This document shows, piece by piece, positions 48,381 through 58,159 of a DNA stretch of 64,000 bases. Made by a program: the position numbers and the translations under genes. Source of the stretch: Candidatus Latescibacterota bacterium (GTDB taxonomy: Bacteria > Latescibacterota > UBA2968 > UBA8231); the NCBI GenBank assembly GCA_963422735.1, contig OY730476.1, positions 3,776,001-3,840,000 of the forward strand, given 5' to 3'. Each line of letters starts with the position of its first letter. Positions within the stretch are counted from its first letter, which is position 1. Below the pieces are notes generated by a model that was given only the letters and a program-made list of their open reading frames with translations, did no database searches and was not told the DNA's origin.

Positions 48381-48860
48381 ATGAAAAAGGTTTTCACCAC
48401 GCATTCGGCGGCCCAGACCCACGCGCTGGGCACTGCGCTGGGCCGGCGCTTGGCACCGGGCGATGTGGTCGCCTTTCGCGGCGAGTTGGGCAGCGGCAAG
48501 ACCTGCATGATCCAAGGCGTGTGCGAGGCTCTGCAAGTGGCCGATTGCGTTACGAGCCCGACCTTTGTCTTGATCAACGAATACGCCGGGCAATGCCGGG
48601 GCCGCGATCTGCCCGTCTATCACTTTGATCTCTATAGGCTGGGGGGCGCTGACGAGCTTGAGGGATTAGGGGCAGAAGAGTACTTTTACGGCAGCGGCGT
48701 TTGCTTAGTCGAGTGGGCCGAGCGCGCCGACGGCTCGCTGCCCGATGGGTGCTGCCATGTGTGGCTAGAGCACGGCGAAGCTTCGGCCCGAGCTCAGCCG
48801 AGGGCTTGCGAGCGGCGAATTACTTTGCAAGGGGATGGGGTGGACGAAATAGAGTTCTGA
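48381..48860 (+). CDS. tsaE: tRNA threonylcarbamoyladenosine biosynthesis ATPase TsaE
   Basis: GELGSGKT, VTSPTF.LINEY, YHFDLYRL, LVEWAE. Confidence 0.95.
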   Translation: MKKVFTTHSAAQTHALGTALGRRLAPGDVVAFRGELGSGKTCMIQGVCEALQVADCVTSPTFVLINEYAGQCRGRDLPVYHFDLYRLGGADELEGLGAEEYFYGSGVCLVEWAERADGSLPDGCCHVWLEHGEASARAQPRACERRITLQGDGVDEIEF

Positions 48861-48884
48861 GAAATTGGCCAAAGGGAGGGGACT

Positions 48885-49613
48885 TTGCAGCGGCTGATAC
48901 TGTGTCTTTGCATTGCTGCTGGTCCGGCAGCGGCCGACCGGGCCGAGTTGATGGGCTTGATCGATAGCCCGACGGCCGGGTTGGTCAACAAAGGGCACTA
49001 TGCGGTGAATGTTCGCCTGTTTGCCGACGGGGGGGCTGTTGGCCGTTTGCACGTTGGCGTGCTCAAGCGTCTGAGCGTGGGTGTGTCTTTTGGCGGCGAG
49101 CAGCTCGTTGGTACGGGTGCGGTTACTTGGTACCCGCGAGTAGGATTGGCCGCCCGCTGCCGGATCCTCGAAGAGGGCTACACGTGGCCGGCGCTGGTCT
49201 TGGGATTCGATACCCAGGGCGTCGGGCCGTATAGAATCCAGCACTATCAGGTCAAATCCAAGGGAATCTTCCTAGTGCTGAGCAAGAATTACACTTCAAT
49301 GCTAGGGGAACTCGGCGTCCACGCGGGTGCCAATCTGTCGCGCGAGGACGCCGGCGACAGCGACTGGTCGGCGTGGTTGGGTATCGACAAGAGTTTGAGG
49401 TTTATGGCCCTATTCGTGGAGTACGACTTGGGCCGCAACAACGGCCTACAGAATCAGGGCGTGGAAGATGGCTATTTGAACATCGGGGGGGCTTGGGTCG
49501 TATCGCCGCAGTTAAGGGTCGCGTACTATCTCAAAAACGCGCTGGAGAGCGATCACTTCGGCTCCCAATCCATTCGAGAGTTATCGATCACTTACAGGAG
49601 GAAATTTCGATGA
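48885..49613 (+). CDS. YjbH-like outer-membrane beta-barrel protein
   Basis: Signal peptide; LIDSPTAG, RLSVGVSFGG, PALVLGFDTQG, EYD, GYLNIG; amphipathic strands. Confidence 0.7.
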   Translation: MQRLILCLCIAAGPAAADRAELMGLIDSPTAGLVNKGHYAVNVRLFADGGAVGRLHVGVLKRLSVGVSFGGEQLVGTGAVTWYPRVGLAARCRILEEGYTWPALVLGFDTQGVGPYRIQHYQVKSKGIFLVLSKNYTSMLGELGVHAGANLSREDAGDSDWSAWLGIDKSLRFMALFVEYDLGRNNGLQNQGVEDGYLNIGGAWVVSPQLRVAYYLKNALESDHFGSQSIRELSITYRRKFR

Positions 49614-50974
49614 AGATACTGACTATTGCTTTGCTTTGTGTTTGGGTCGGTGGCGCGGTGGCCCAAGAGGAGCGGGCTATCGGCAATTTCGCTGGGGTCG
49701 GAGTGCGGGCGATGGGCATGGGCGGTGCTTTTGTGGGGGTGGCCGACGATTTTACGGCCATGTATTGGAACCCGGCGGGCTTGGCTCAAATGCAGCGGCG
49801 CGAGGTGCAGGTGTCCTTCCTGCGCAATAGCCGCGCCAACGATTCGATCTTCAACGGCACTGCGGGGAGAAGCGAGCTGACCAATACGCGCTTTGGCTCA
49901 CTGGGCTTTGTCTATCCCTATCCGGTCTATCGCGGCAGCTTGGTCTTGGCGGCTGGCTTCAACCGCATCAAGGATTTCGACTGGAATTTGAACCAAAAGG
50001 GCGAGGTGGAGGGCCTGAACGAAGGCCGACGTTACCAAGAAGTCAGTGACGAGTTCTTCCAGCACGAGGGCGAGTTGGGATTGTGGGGAGTGTCCGCCGC
50101 CGTTGACGTGTCGCCGGCCATTTCGCTGGGCGCGACGCTGGGCTTGGTCAGCGGCGAAGACCAAGCTACAAACGAATTTAGTAGTACTTTTACCTATCCA
50201 GAGAACAAATCTGTTGAACAGGAGGACAAAACTTGGCCCATTTTTGGCCAGAGTCGCGAAACCTTTGCAGACGAGTACGAGAGTACCCTGTACGCCATTA
50301 TCGGTGCCATGATACGGGCACCGCACGACAATCTGCGCTACCGGCTGGGCGTGACTTTCGCCACTGGATCCGCGCACAAAGTTCGCTACATCTTTCGCGG
50401 CCCCTCAGGGGAGACGGAATACAGCTTGGTCGAGTACGAAGACGGGACAGAGGAGAGAGTTAACGATGAGGACCTTCGCGACACTTATGAGCTTGCGCTA
50501 CCCTTTAAGTTCGGCGTAGGCGCATCGGCTGAGGCCCTACCGGGGCTGACGTTGGCCGGCAGCCTGCACTTTACAGAGTGGTCGCAGAGCCAGTACAAGA
50601 CAGAAGACGATAGCCAGTTTCGCACCAGTACCTCTTTTGAAACCCAGTACAGAGATGTGCTGCGCTATCACCTCGGCGTCGAGTACCGGGTGCCAGTAGT
50701 GTCGTTGGATCTACGGGCGGGGTACTACACAGACCCGATCCCCTTTATCGGTCCGCGCGACCTAAATTCAAGCGTCTCTGATCCGCCCATCCGCCTTGCT
50801 GAGGACCGGCGTTTTATTACGCTGGGTGCCGGATTAATGCTCGATGAAGCGGTTCAGGTAGATATGGCCTATGTGCGGGGGCGTTCACAGCAAGTGGAAG
50901 AATACTGGGGTAATGAGCTCAGCGAGGACCACGCGATCAATCGCCTAGTTGTTGGCGTGGGCTACAACTTCTAG
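49610..50974 (+). CDS. FadL/OmpP1/PorV-superfamily outer-membrane barrel
   Basis: Signal peptide; hatch motif GVRAMGMGGAFVGVADDFTAMYWNPAGLA; LRAGY; terminal VGVGYNF. Confidence 0.88.
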   Translation: MKILTIALLCVWVGGAVAQEERAIGNFAGVGVRAMGMGGAFVGVADDFTAMYWNPAGLAQMQRREVQVSFLRNSRANDSIFNGTAGRSELTNTRFGSLGFVYPYPVYRGSLVLAAGFNRIKDFDWNLNQKGEVEGLNEGRRYQEVSDEFFQHEGELGLWGVSAAVDVSPAISLGATLGLVSGEDQATNEFSSTFTYPENKSVEQEDKTWPIFGQSRETFADEYESTLYAIIGAMIRAPHDNLRYRLGVTFATGSAHKVRYIFRGPSGETEYSLVEYEDGTEERVNDEDLRDTYELALPFKFGVGASAEALPGLTLAGSLHFTEWSQSQYKTEDDSQFRTSTSFETQYRDVLRYHLGVEYRVPVVSLDLRAGYYTDPIPFIGPRDLNSSVSDPPIRLAEDRRFITLGAGLMLDEAVQVDMAYVRGRSQQVEEYWGNELSEDHAINRLVVGVGYNF

Positions 50975-51059
50975 AGTAATTTTTTGCTTCAGTTGCTGGT
51001 TTATGTATATTTCAGAGCAAGAGATGAGTTTAACGCTCCTTAAGGAGGTAATTAAGCCC

Positions 51060-51764
51060 ATGAAAACGAAGGCTTTGATTTTGTGCTCGGCCCTGCCGCT
51101 AACCGCGCTGATGGCCAGTGGCTGCTACACGGCGCTCAGCAGCCCGTACGAGGTCGCCGACCTGCACGACGAGGCTCCGGCCCGCGATGTCGAGGCTCCG
51201 ACGATTGGCCAGTTTGATGACCGCGACTACATGGACGATCTCTACCATTATCCGGGTGTGCGCGGCGGTTACAGCGGTTACGGCTACGGCGGTTACGGTC
51301 GCTATGGTGGCTATTACTATCCTACGGCTCGCTACGTACCCTACTATTATGGCTACTACGATAGCCACCCCTACTACTATGGAGGCTATGGTCCCTATAG
51401 TTATGGCTACGATCCGTACTATCGGAGTTCACGCGGTTACTACGTGTCGCCAGGTTATCAACTGGTCAGCACACGCCAGCTCGAGAATTTGCGTGCGGCG
51501 AGCCGGCTGAATAAGACTCCGATGACGGTCGATCCGGCAACGGCTGCCGAAGTACAGCGCCGCGAGGAAGAAGTGTGGCAGCGGCGGGTAGAGCCTCGGG
51601 TGCGCAACTCTCCGCCGCCACCACGCGCGACTTCCTCGGTCAGTCCTTCGTCTGGTACGCCTTCGCCGACACCTAAAGCATCGAAGGCACCTTCTGCACC
51701 GGCCTCGAAGAAAACTTCGACTGAAAAAGTGGCTATGCCCAAAAAGCGAAAGCGAAGGCGCTGA
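51060..51764 (+). CDS. Tyr/Gly-rich low-complexity lipoprotein with basic tail
   Basis: AAGGAGG RBS; lipobox MASGC; GGYSGYGYGGYGRYGGYYYP...; Ser/Pro-rich region then KKRKRRR. Confidence 0.8.
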   Translation: MKTKALILCSALPLTALMASGCYTALSSPYEVADLHDEAPARDVEAPTIGQFDDRDYMDDLYHYPGVRGGYSGYGYGGYGRYGGYYYPTARYVPYYYGYYDSHPYYYGGYGPYSYGYDPYYRSSRGYYVSPGYQLVSTRQLENLRAASRLNKTPMTVDPATAAEVQRREEEVWQRRVEPRVRNSPPPPRATSSVSPSSGTPSPTPKASKAPSAPASKKTSTEKVAMPKKRKRRR

Positions 51765-51783
51765 TTTTTCGTCAGAGACGCAG

Positions 51784-51820
51784 AAAAAGCGGCGGGCCTT
51801 TCGTGGCCTCCGCTTTTTTT
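51784..51820. terminator. Bidirectional intrinsic terminator (imperfect right arm)
   Basis: AAAAAGCGGCGGGCC-TTTCGT-GGCCTCCGC-TTTTTTT between convergent genes. Confidence 0.8.
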
Positions 51821-51869
51821 GTGCCTAAGCGGCGGGGCGATGCGGGAGAGGAAGCGGGGCGAAGGCCAT

Positions 51870-53108
51870 CTACAAAGCGCCAAGCGGCACAGCATCTACA
51901 GACGACGTCAAGGGAAAGCGCTCGCGGCAAAGGCACACTATAAAACCGTGCGCCGCACGGGTGCTAAAAAGTTTTTGGAAGTGCTCGATTGCTTGGGCGT
52001 GCTCCGGCTTGGGGGTGGCCGTAAGTTTGGCTTCGATGGGGATGAGCTGCTGACCGTCTTCGAGAATGAAATCCACCTCGTGACCGCCGGCCGTGCGCCA
52101 GAAGTAAAGCCGAGGAATCGCACCCCGATGTACGAACAGGCGATACAGTGCGCCCAAGACGGCGCTCTCGATCATGGGACCGGCAGCCATTCCCCGGAGC
52201 ACCTGATCGGGTTGCGAGAGTCCGAGAAGGTAGCCGAGTATCCCGGTATCCAAAAAGTATAGCTTGGGCCGCTTGACCAGTCTCTTGCCGAGATTTACGT
52301 GATAGGGCTTTAGGGTCAAGACCTGTCCGCTCGCCTCCAGAACCGAGACCCAGGCCTTGACCGTCTTTGAGGTCACGCCGAGGTCGCGCCCGAGGTCAGA
52401 AAAGTTGATCAACGCCCCCGCACGAGCGGCCACCGCGTAGAGTACGCGCTGGAAGTCGCCCAGCTCGCCAATGGCTCGCAAGGTGCGGACATCGCGTTCA
52501 AGGTAAGTCTGGATATAGCTGCTCAGCCACAGTGTCGGGTCAATGCGCGGGTCGAGGGCGGGCTCGGGAAAGCCACCGTGGAGGAGCTGTTTGGCAACTT
52601 CTATGGCTTGGTCGCCGGCTAGGCCGCTCTCGACCCGCGCACCGGTGCCCAGCACCTCCTGCCACGTAACATGAGGCGCGGGTCGCCCGTTTATTTCCGC
52701 CAAGGACATCGACTGGAGTGAGAGTACCGCAACTCGACCGGCGAGGGATTCGGAGACGTCCTGCATCAGAGGGAACGCCTGCGAACCTGTGACCACGTAG
52801 CGTCCCTTGTCCCCCCTGTGTTCGTCAATGTCGATCTTAACGCGGTGGAGCAACTCTGGAGCGTACTGGATCTCGTCGAGGATTACCGGAGGGGGAAAGC
52901 GCGAAAGCAAAAGCTGTGCATCGCTACGCGCCTGCTCGCGGACGGTTATATCGTCGAGCGTACAGTAGGAATGCGTCGCTCCAAAGAGTTGGCGCACAAG
53001 GGTCGTCTTGCCGGATTGGCGTGGGCCGGTCAGGACTACAGCCGGAAATTGCTCGGCGGCGCGGGTTAGGACGCCGACCAGTGTGCGCTCGGTGTACGGA
53101 AGAACCAT
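51870..53108 (-). CDS. AAA+ ATPase with DUF4143 and PD-(D/E)xK-like tail
   Basis: GPRQSGKTT, ILDEIQY.P, TGSQ, SESLAGR, GGFPE, TYLERDV, KRPKLYFLDTG, FWRT..G.EVDF, IPIEAK. Confidence 0.93.
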   Translation of the reverse strand: MVLPYTERTLVGVLTRAAEQFPAVVLTGPRQSGKTTLVRQLFGATHSYCTLDDITVREQARSDAQLLLSRFPPPVILDEIQYAPELLHRVKIDIDEHRGDKGRYVVTGSQAFPLMQDVSESLAGRVAVLSLQSMSLAEINGRPAPHVTWQEVLGTGARVESGLAGDQAIEVAKQLLHGGFPEPALDPRIDPTLWLSSYIQTYLERDVRTLRAIGELGDFQRVLYAVAARAGALINFSDLGRDLGVTSKTVKAWVSVLEASGQVLTLKPYHVNLGKRLVKRPKLYFLDTGILGYLLGLSQPDQVLRGMAAGPMIESAVLGALYRLFVHRGAIPRLYFWRTAGGHEVDFILEDGQQLIPIEAKLTATPKPEHAQAIEHFQKLFSTRAAHGFIVCLCRERFPLTSSVDAVPLGAL

Positions 53109-53240
53109 ACTGAGAAGTTAAGTCCCGCCTTATCTCAGTGCAAGTGGATTGGGAATTGAATTCCAAATTTGCACGTCAAACGGAAACCACTCAACTTCAA
53201 TTTTTTTGACAAGGGACTTTCGTGGCCCGCCGCTTTTTTA

Positions 53241-53930
53241 TTAGTCGCCGCTTAGATCGAAGTGGCGCGTCTGTGGCTTGGGCGGCGGGGCGATGCGGAA
53301 GAGGAAGCGTTGCAGCGGGCGGGCGAGGGCCATGAGCAGTTGGCGCTCGCCTTGTTTGTTGCCGCCGAATATCTGTAGTTGCGCCGGCTGGTAATTGCGC
53401 TGCGTGCCCCCCTGCTGCCAGACTTGGTTGGTGTTGAGGTTGATCAGGCTGATCTTGAGATCTACCGTCAGGTCTATGCCGGGGTTGGGCGACATGCCGT
53501 AGGGGTTGGGCGACATGGGCATCATCCGCGCCTGTAAGTGCCTCAACTCGACGAAGACTAAGGCGTCGAGCTTGATCTTTTCCCTGAGAACGGCCTGTAC
53601 CGAGTCTTGGTGGACGCTCGTCGAGTCGAGGCGAATATCCTTGAGCTTGTAGGTGATTTCGTCTTGGTTCATCACTTCGGTCTTGGGCATGTTGCCGAGG
53701 CTCCGCACCACGGCGTTGGACAGACGCGCCATGACCTTCTCGATGTCCAGTTCTCGGAAGGGTTCGATGTTAGTCGCGCAAACGACGCCGATGTGCTCGA
53801 CTTCCACGAGAAAGGGGCGCAAGACCGGATCAGGTTGCGATGGGGCGCGGAATTCGACGCGCGAGAAAGCGCTGCGGCCGCCGCAGCCGGCTAGGCCAAT
53901 GAGCAGTGCGAGGATAGCGAAGCGGATCAA
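53241..53930 (-). CDS. Lipoprotein of unknown function
   Basis: Lipobox LAGC; TTG start overlaps the Omp85 gene stop. Confidence 0.75.
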   Translation of the reverse strand: MIRFAILALLIGLAGCGGRSAFSRVEFRAPSQPDPVLRPFLVEVEHIGVVCATNIEPFRELDIEKVMARLSNAVVRSLGNMPKTEVMNQDEITYKLKDIRLDSTSVHQDSVQAVLREKIKLDALVFVELRHLQARMMPMSPNPYGMSPNPGIDLTVDLKISLINLNTNQVWQQGGTQRNYQPAQLQIFGGNKQGERQLLMALARPLQRFLFRIAPPPKPQTRHFDLSGD

Positions 53931-56900
53931 AAGCTCCGTCCAAAGCTGAAGTGGAACTTGAAGTCCGAGAAGTTGCCTTGTAGGTCCATCTGCTTGGCGA
54001 ATTCAAAGTTCATGGGCAGTAAGAAGTACACTAAGAGGCCAAAGCCAACGCTGGCGTGTACCTGCTGCGGGGAGGACGTGGATGCGGCGTGTGGGTTGTG
54101 GAAGGGCCAGAGGTCGATTTCGTCGCCCTTGTCCCAAGCCATACCCACATCCACAAACAGGCTGCCGTCAACCGCCGGAATCAGGAAGGTGCCGGGCCAG
54201 CCAAAGAGGATGCCGCGCACAAAGGGGACCCGCAACTCGGCATTGGTCAGCAGGACCCGGCTGCCAGTAAAGGCCGAGAACGGATAGCCGCGCAGCGGGC
54301 CGGTATTGAGGTTGAGGCCCGTGTAGAAGGGCAGGTACCAAGTCGGCCCCCCTAGGTTGTATTCGAGGGAGTCGCGGCCCAAAGATCCCACGCTATAGGC
54401 TCTCAGGCCCAGCACCGACCAACGCCCCAGCCGCAAGTAGTGACGATAGTCCAATTCGAGGTGCGAGAAAGAGCGCGTGGCCGACCCGAGGTTGAGCGTG
54501 CGCCCCACCGAGAGGAAGTAGCGCTTGCCAGCGGTGGCACCCAAAAGACCGTAGGTAATGGAGTCGTGGACGTATGCGGTCTTGAACAGATGAGTACTGG
54601 TAGCAGTAGAATCTGATTCGTAGAAGGGACTGACCTGTTCTTCTTGCTCGCCGACATAGGTGTAGCTCAGGTCGAGGCGGCGATAGAGGTCGAGCGGATA
54701 GCTGGCGTTGGCCAAGGCACCTCGCTGCTGGAGGCGGCTAATACCCCGGGCCGGGGAGCGGCCTTGAACGAGGAAGTTGCGGTCGTTGATGAAGTACTGG
54801 TTCCAATTGAAGATGGATACGCGGTATGTGGGCCGCTTGCCGTAGTAGTTGTAGCTGGCGGCAAAGTTGAAGTCATTACTGATGTCCTGCGCGGCCACGT
54901 AATCCGTGGCCAAGATCAGCGAGTGATTGCCCAAAAGGTCGCTCATGCTCAGTTGGGCAACCGACGATAAGAACCCATCGAAATAGTTCATCTGCACGGA
55001 GATGCCGTCGAATTCGAGTTTGGGGGTGTAGCGGCGACGACGCAGTTCCAATTCGCCATCGTCGTCGTCGAGTTGAACAGGGACTTTCGGCTCTTGGGAT
55101 TCGGTGGGCGGCAACGGACCGCTGGCCCCGGCTAGGAGCACGGCGTCGTCCGAGATCCTCCAATCCTTCAGGGCCGAGACCTGCCCTAGGTTTGGGGTGC
55201 CGCCTTGGTCGGAGCGTGCGGCGTCGCCCTGTACCATGGAGTGCTCCGGGGGTGCTGCTTCGGCTGGCGGTGTTGCTTCGGCCACGCGCGCTAGTAGCTG
55301 TGCATCTTTGCGCTTGACCTCGGGCCATTCGGGCATGGCCATCCGGTAGAGATAGCTGCGGCCCTTGAAGTAGGTGTTGAACACAATTTGCCGCCCGTCG
55401 GGCGAGAGGGCGGGGTTCACAATGCCGCTGAGGCTGCGGGTCAGGCGGAATTCGCGGCCCTCGTCGAGATGGTAGACGAAGAGATCGTTGATCTTGTCGC
55501 GGGTGGAGACGAAGAGCAGCTTATTGCCTTCGGGCAGCCACTGAGGCCACAGATCGTCGGTGGGGCTGGATATGGCCGCGTGTGCTACATCTTCGGTCAG
55601 ATCGTAAATCTTGATGTCGAACTGGTTGCGGTACTTGGTGCTAAAGGCGATGCGCTGGCTGTCAGGCGACCAGTTCGGATAATCTTCGCGCTCTGGGGTG
55701 CCCGTGAGCTGACGCCGCTCGCCGGTCTGCACGTCAATGATGTAGAGGTCACTCTGGCCTTGCCCAGTGCCTATAAAGGCGAGTTGGCGGCTGTCGGGTG
55801 CCCAAGTTAGGCTCTCGACAATATCTATATCGGGCATGGTCAGGGTCTGCACTAGCTCCTTGTCGTAAAGGTCCCACAGCATGATGCGGTCGCGGGGGCC
55901 TTCTTTGGCGACAAAGGCGATGGTCTGGCCGTCCTGTGCCCAAGCCACGGTGCCGCTGCCAATGCTAAGGTGATCGTAGTCGGCGGCGCGCATACTCTCG
56001 GTGACGCGCTCGACGAGCGAGGCATCGCGTAGGCGGACGATGTCCACGTGCTGTTCGATCCCGTCTGAGGAGTGGACGGCGAGCATGTCGCCGCTGAGCG
56101 ACCAGCAGGCGCTGGAGAAGCTATGGGTATCCTCATCGTCGCCTATTTTCTCGGCGAATTCGGAGGTGTAGTCGCGAGTCTGCAACAGAGGCCAGTAGGT
56201 TTTGCGCATCTGGGCCGACCAGCGCTCGTCGAGGGTTTTCAAGTCCATGCCGATCAGGCGGTCCATGAGCTTGTCGGTGTCGTGCTGGCTGTCCCACAGG
56301 CGGAGGATACGGCTGATTTTTTCGGGACCGTACTGCTGGGCAATGTATTCCATGAGCGCGTGGCTCTGCTTGTACGCGAGGAATACGTTGCCTTGGCCCC
56401 AAACCTGATTCATGGTTTCGAGGGGAATGAGGCCATCGGTGAGCACGGCGTCGCGGAGGACCATTTCATCGACGGTGTTGCGGCCCGGTGTGGTGTATTC
56501 GGCCATGCCTTCCATGAGCCAAGTGGGCGGCTGGGCGATCGGGCTGGTAATGCGGCGAATGGGGCCTTTGTGAATGATGTCGTACTGGAATATATGGGTC
56601 AGTTCGTGGACGAGGACATTGCGGAACTCGTCGAGATCGCCCGCAAAGGGGACGACCATGCGGAAGCGCAGCGGCTCGGCAAAGCCGGCGACTCCAGGCG
56701 GCAGAAAGTCGGGGAAGATATTGGTCTGCTGGAACTGGTAGTGAGACTGATAGATGACGACCGGCGGCCGGTGCGAAAGGTCGTGGTGCAAGATTTGGCT
56801 GATGTGATCGTAGCCTTCTTCGAGGTACTCGATCGCCTGCACGGCCAGATTCTGGAATTCAGACTCAAAGTGCAGCTCTATGTGCTCGCTTTCGAGGATC

Positions 56901-57055
56901 TCCCACTCAAAGTCTCGATAGCGGACCTTATTTTTCCCAAACCCCTGCTGTAGCTGCAAGGTGAGGATGTCTTGGGCTCCGAGGTCTGCGGTGCCCAAAG
57001 CGAGCAGGGCGGCGCAGGCGAGGCTGCAGAATCTTGTTATAGCCTGCACGTTCAC
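53927..57055 (-). CDS. Omp85/BamA-family protein with N-terminal zincin peptidase and PD40 (TolB-like) propeller
   Basis: FGKNKVRY; HELTHIFQY..WLMEGMAEY; WAPDS, WSPDS and LSPDG repeats; Omp85 LRGY motif, NAELRVPF, FVDVG.AW; terminal FSFGRSF. Confidence 0.9.
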   Translation of the reverse strand: MNVQAITRFCSLACAALLALGTADLGAQDILTLQLQQGFGKNKVRYRDFEWEILESEHIELHFESEFQNLAVQAIEYLEEGYDHISQILHHDLSHRPPVVIYQSHYQFQQTNIFPDFLPPGVAGFAEPLRFRMVVPFAGDLDEFRNVLVHELTHIFQYDIIHKGPIRRITSPIAQPPTWLMEGMAEYTTPGRNTVDEMVLRDAVLTDGLIPLETMNQVWGQGNVFLAYKQSHALMEYIAQQYGPEKISRILRLWDSQHDTDKLMDRLIGMDLKTLDERWSAQMRKTYWPLLQTRDYTSEFAEKIGDDEDTHSFSSACWSLSGDMLAVHSSDGIEQHVDIVRLRDASLVERVTESMRAADYDHLSIGSGTVAWAQDGQTIAFVAKEGPRDRIMLWDLYDKELVQTLTMPDIDIVESLTWAPDSRQLAFIGTGQGQSDLYIIDVQTGERRQLTGTPEREDYPNWSPDSQRIAFSTKYRNQFDIKIYDLTEDVAHAAISSPTDDLWPQWLPEGNKLLFVSTRDKINDLFVYHLDEGREFRLTRSLSGIVNPALSPDGRQIVFNTYFKGRSYLYRMAMPEWPEVKRKDAQLLARVAEATPPAEAAPPEHSMVQGDAARSDQGGTPNLGQVSALKDWRISDDAVLLAGASGPLPPTESQEPKVPVQLDDDDGELELRRRRYTPKLEFDGISVQMNYFDGFLSSVAQLSMSDLLGNHSLILATDYVAAQDISNDFNFAASYNYYGKRPTYRVSIFNWNQYFINDRNFLVQGRSPARGISRLQQRGALANASYPLDLYRRLDLSYTYVGEQEEQVSPFYESDSTATSTHLFKTAYVHDSITYGLLGATAGKRYFLSVGRTLNLGSATRSFSHLELDYRHYLRLGRWSVLGLRAYSVGSLGRDSLEYNLGGPTWYLPFYTGLNLNTGPLRGYPFSAFTGSRVLLTNAELRVPFVRGILFGWPGTFLIPAVDGSLFVDVGMAWDKGDEIDLWPFHNPHAASTSSPQQVHASVGFGLLVYFLLPMNFEFAKQMDLQGNFSDFKFHFSFGRSF

Positions 57056-57633
57056 TCTCCCGTGGATGTGGGTGAATTGTCCGGGCGTCCGGTCCGCGGC
57101 GGCTGGCCATGGTCCAACTTGAATATATCAAGTGAACCTGTGGAGTCGCTGTCGGCCTGCTGGTATTGTTGCAAGTGGCGCAAATTGGCTGCATAGGCTT
57201 CTTGGGTGGGGTTCAGGGCCCGCGCCCGGCCGTAGAATTCAGCGGCTTTGTCGGCCATGCCGAGCCGCTCGTAAATGACCCCGAGGTTGTTGTTTAGGCT
57301 GGCCGACAAACTGTCTTGCGCTAGGGCGCGTTCCATGTGCGATTGGGCCTCGTTCCACATGGCGTTCTCAATGCACCAGAGCGCGTATTTGTTGACCTGC
57401 TCGATGTTTTGCAACTGTTGATGCGAGCGCTTGGGGCGATCTACGACGACTAGCACCGGCATGGGTTGGACGGCTGCCGTGGCCGTGGTGTCAGCGGCTG
57501 GGGCGTACTCATAGCCGATGGGTTCGCCCGCTGGCGGCCTGCGCACCAGCTCCAGACAGCCATTCAGACACAGCGCACCCAAAACAAAGACCACGAGGCG
57601 CAAGGTATTTTTTATGGAGCAATTCACGCGCAA
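57052..57633 (-). CDS. TPR lipoprotein
   Basis: Lipobox LNGC; W.EA..HMERALA, LNNNLGVIYERLG, A.EFY.RA.ALNP. Confidence 0.82.
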   Translation of the reverse strand: MRVNCSIKNTLRLVVFVLGALCLNGCLELVRRPPAGEPIGYEYAPAADTTATAAVQPMPVLVVVDRPKRSHQQLQNIEQVNKYALWCIENAMWNEAQSHMERALAQDSLSASLNNNLGVIYERLGMADKAAEFYGRARALNPTQEAYAANLRHLQQYQQADSDSTGSLDIFKLDHGQPPRTGRPDNSPTSTGE

Positions 57634-58159
57634 TTTTTTCTAGGCGCGAGGCCGTTATCGCCTTGCGCCATTGTTATTATTTAGGAATATAACACACAGA
57701 AGCACTTTGGCCTATTTTCCACGCTGCTGTCTCCACGAGCCGCCCGCTCCCATTCGGCGACGAGCTATTCGGAAGAGCAATAAAAAGGCGCGTTATGCCA
57801 GAGCTTGGTATCAGATAGACGCCGCAAGGGGGCGATTCGTTGCTTTTACCGTCGCCCGCTGGCGGTCCGCCGCAAACTGCGCGGATTGGTAGCACCCCAT
57901 CTGCGGAGTGACCCTACTTAATGCGGGTAATGCGTACTGCTGCATAGCGCATAAAACTACTTTATTGAGGGGCGATCTATGCTGAATCGGATCCTTAGGC
58001 GGCCTTGGCTTTCGCGTGGGCGTGCCCGAGCAGCGCCCGGCAAGTCCATGGGACAGTCGGCTAGTGCCCGACCATGGTGCCGCTGGTGAATTTCAGCTCG
58101 GACGACGGCACCGGATACGGGTTGCCGTGCGCTGCACTATCCCGCCGGCTCCGTCGGCA

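Noticed and set aside
57640-58150. Possible structured ncRNA or further gene remnant in the long intergenic region
   Set aside because: No recognisable riboswitch, tRNA or protein motif; cannot be supported without a covariance or blastx search
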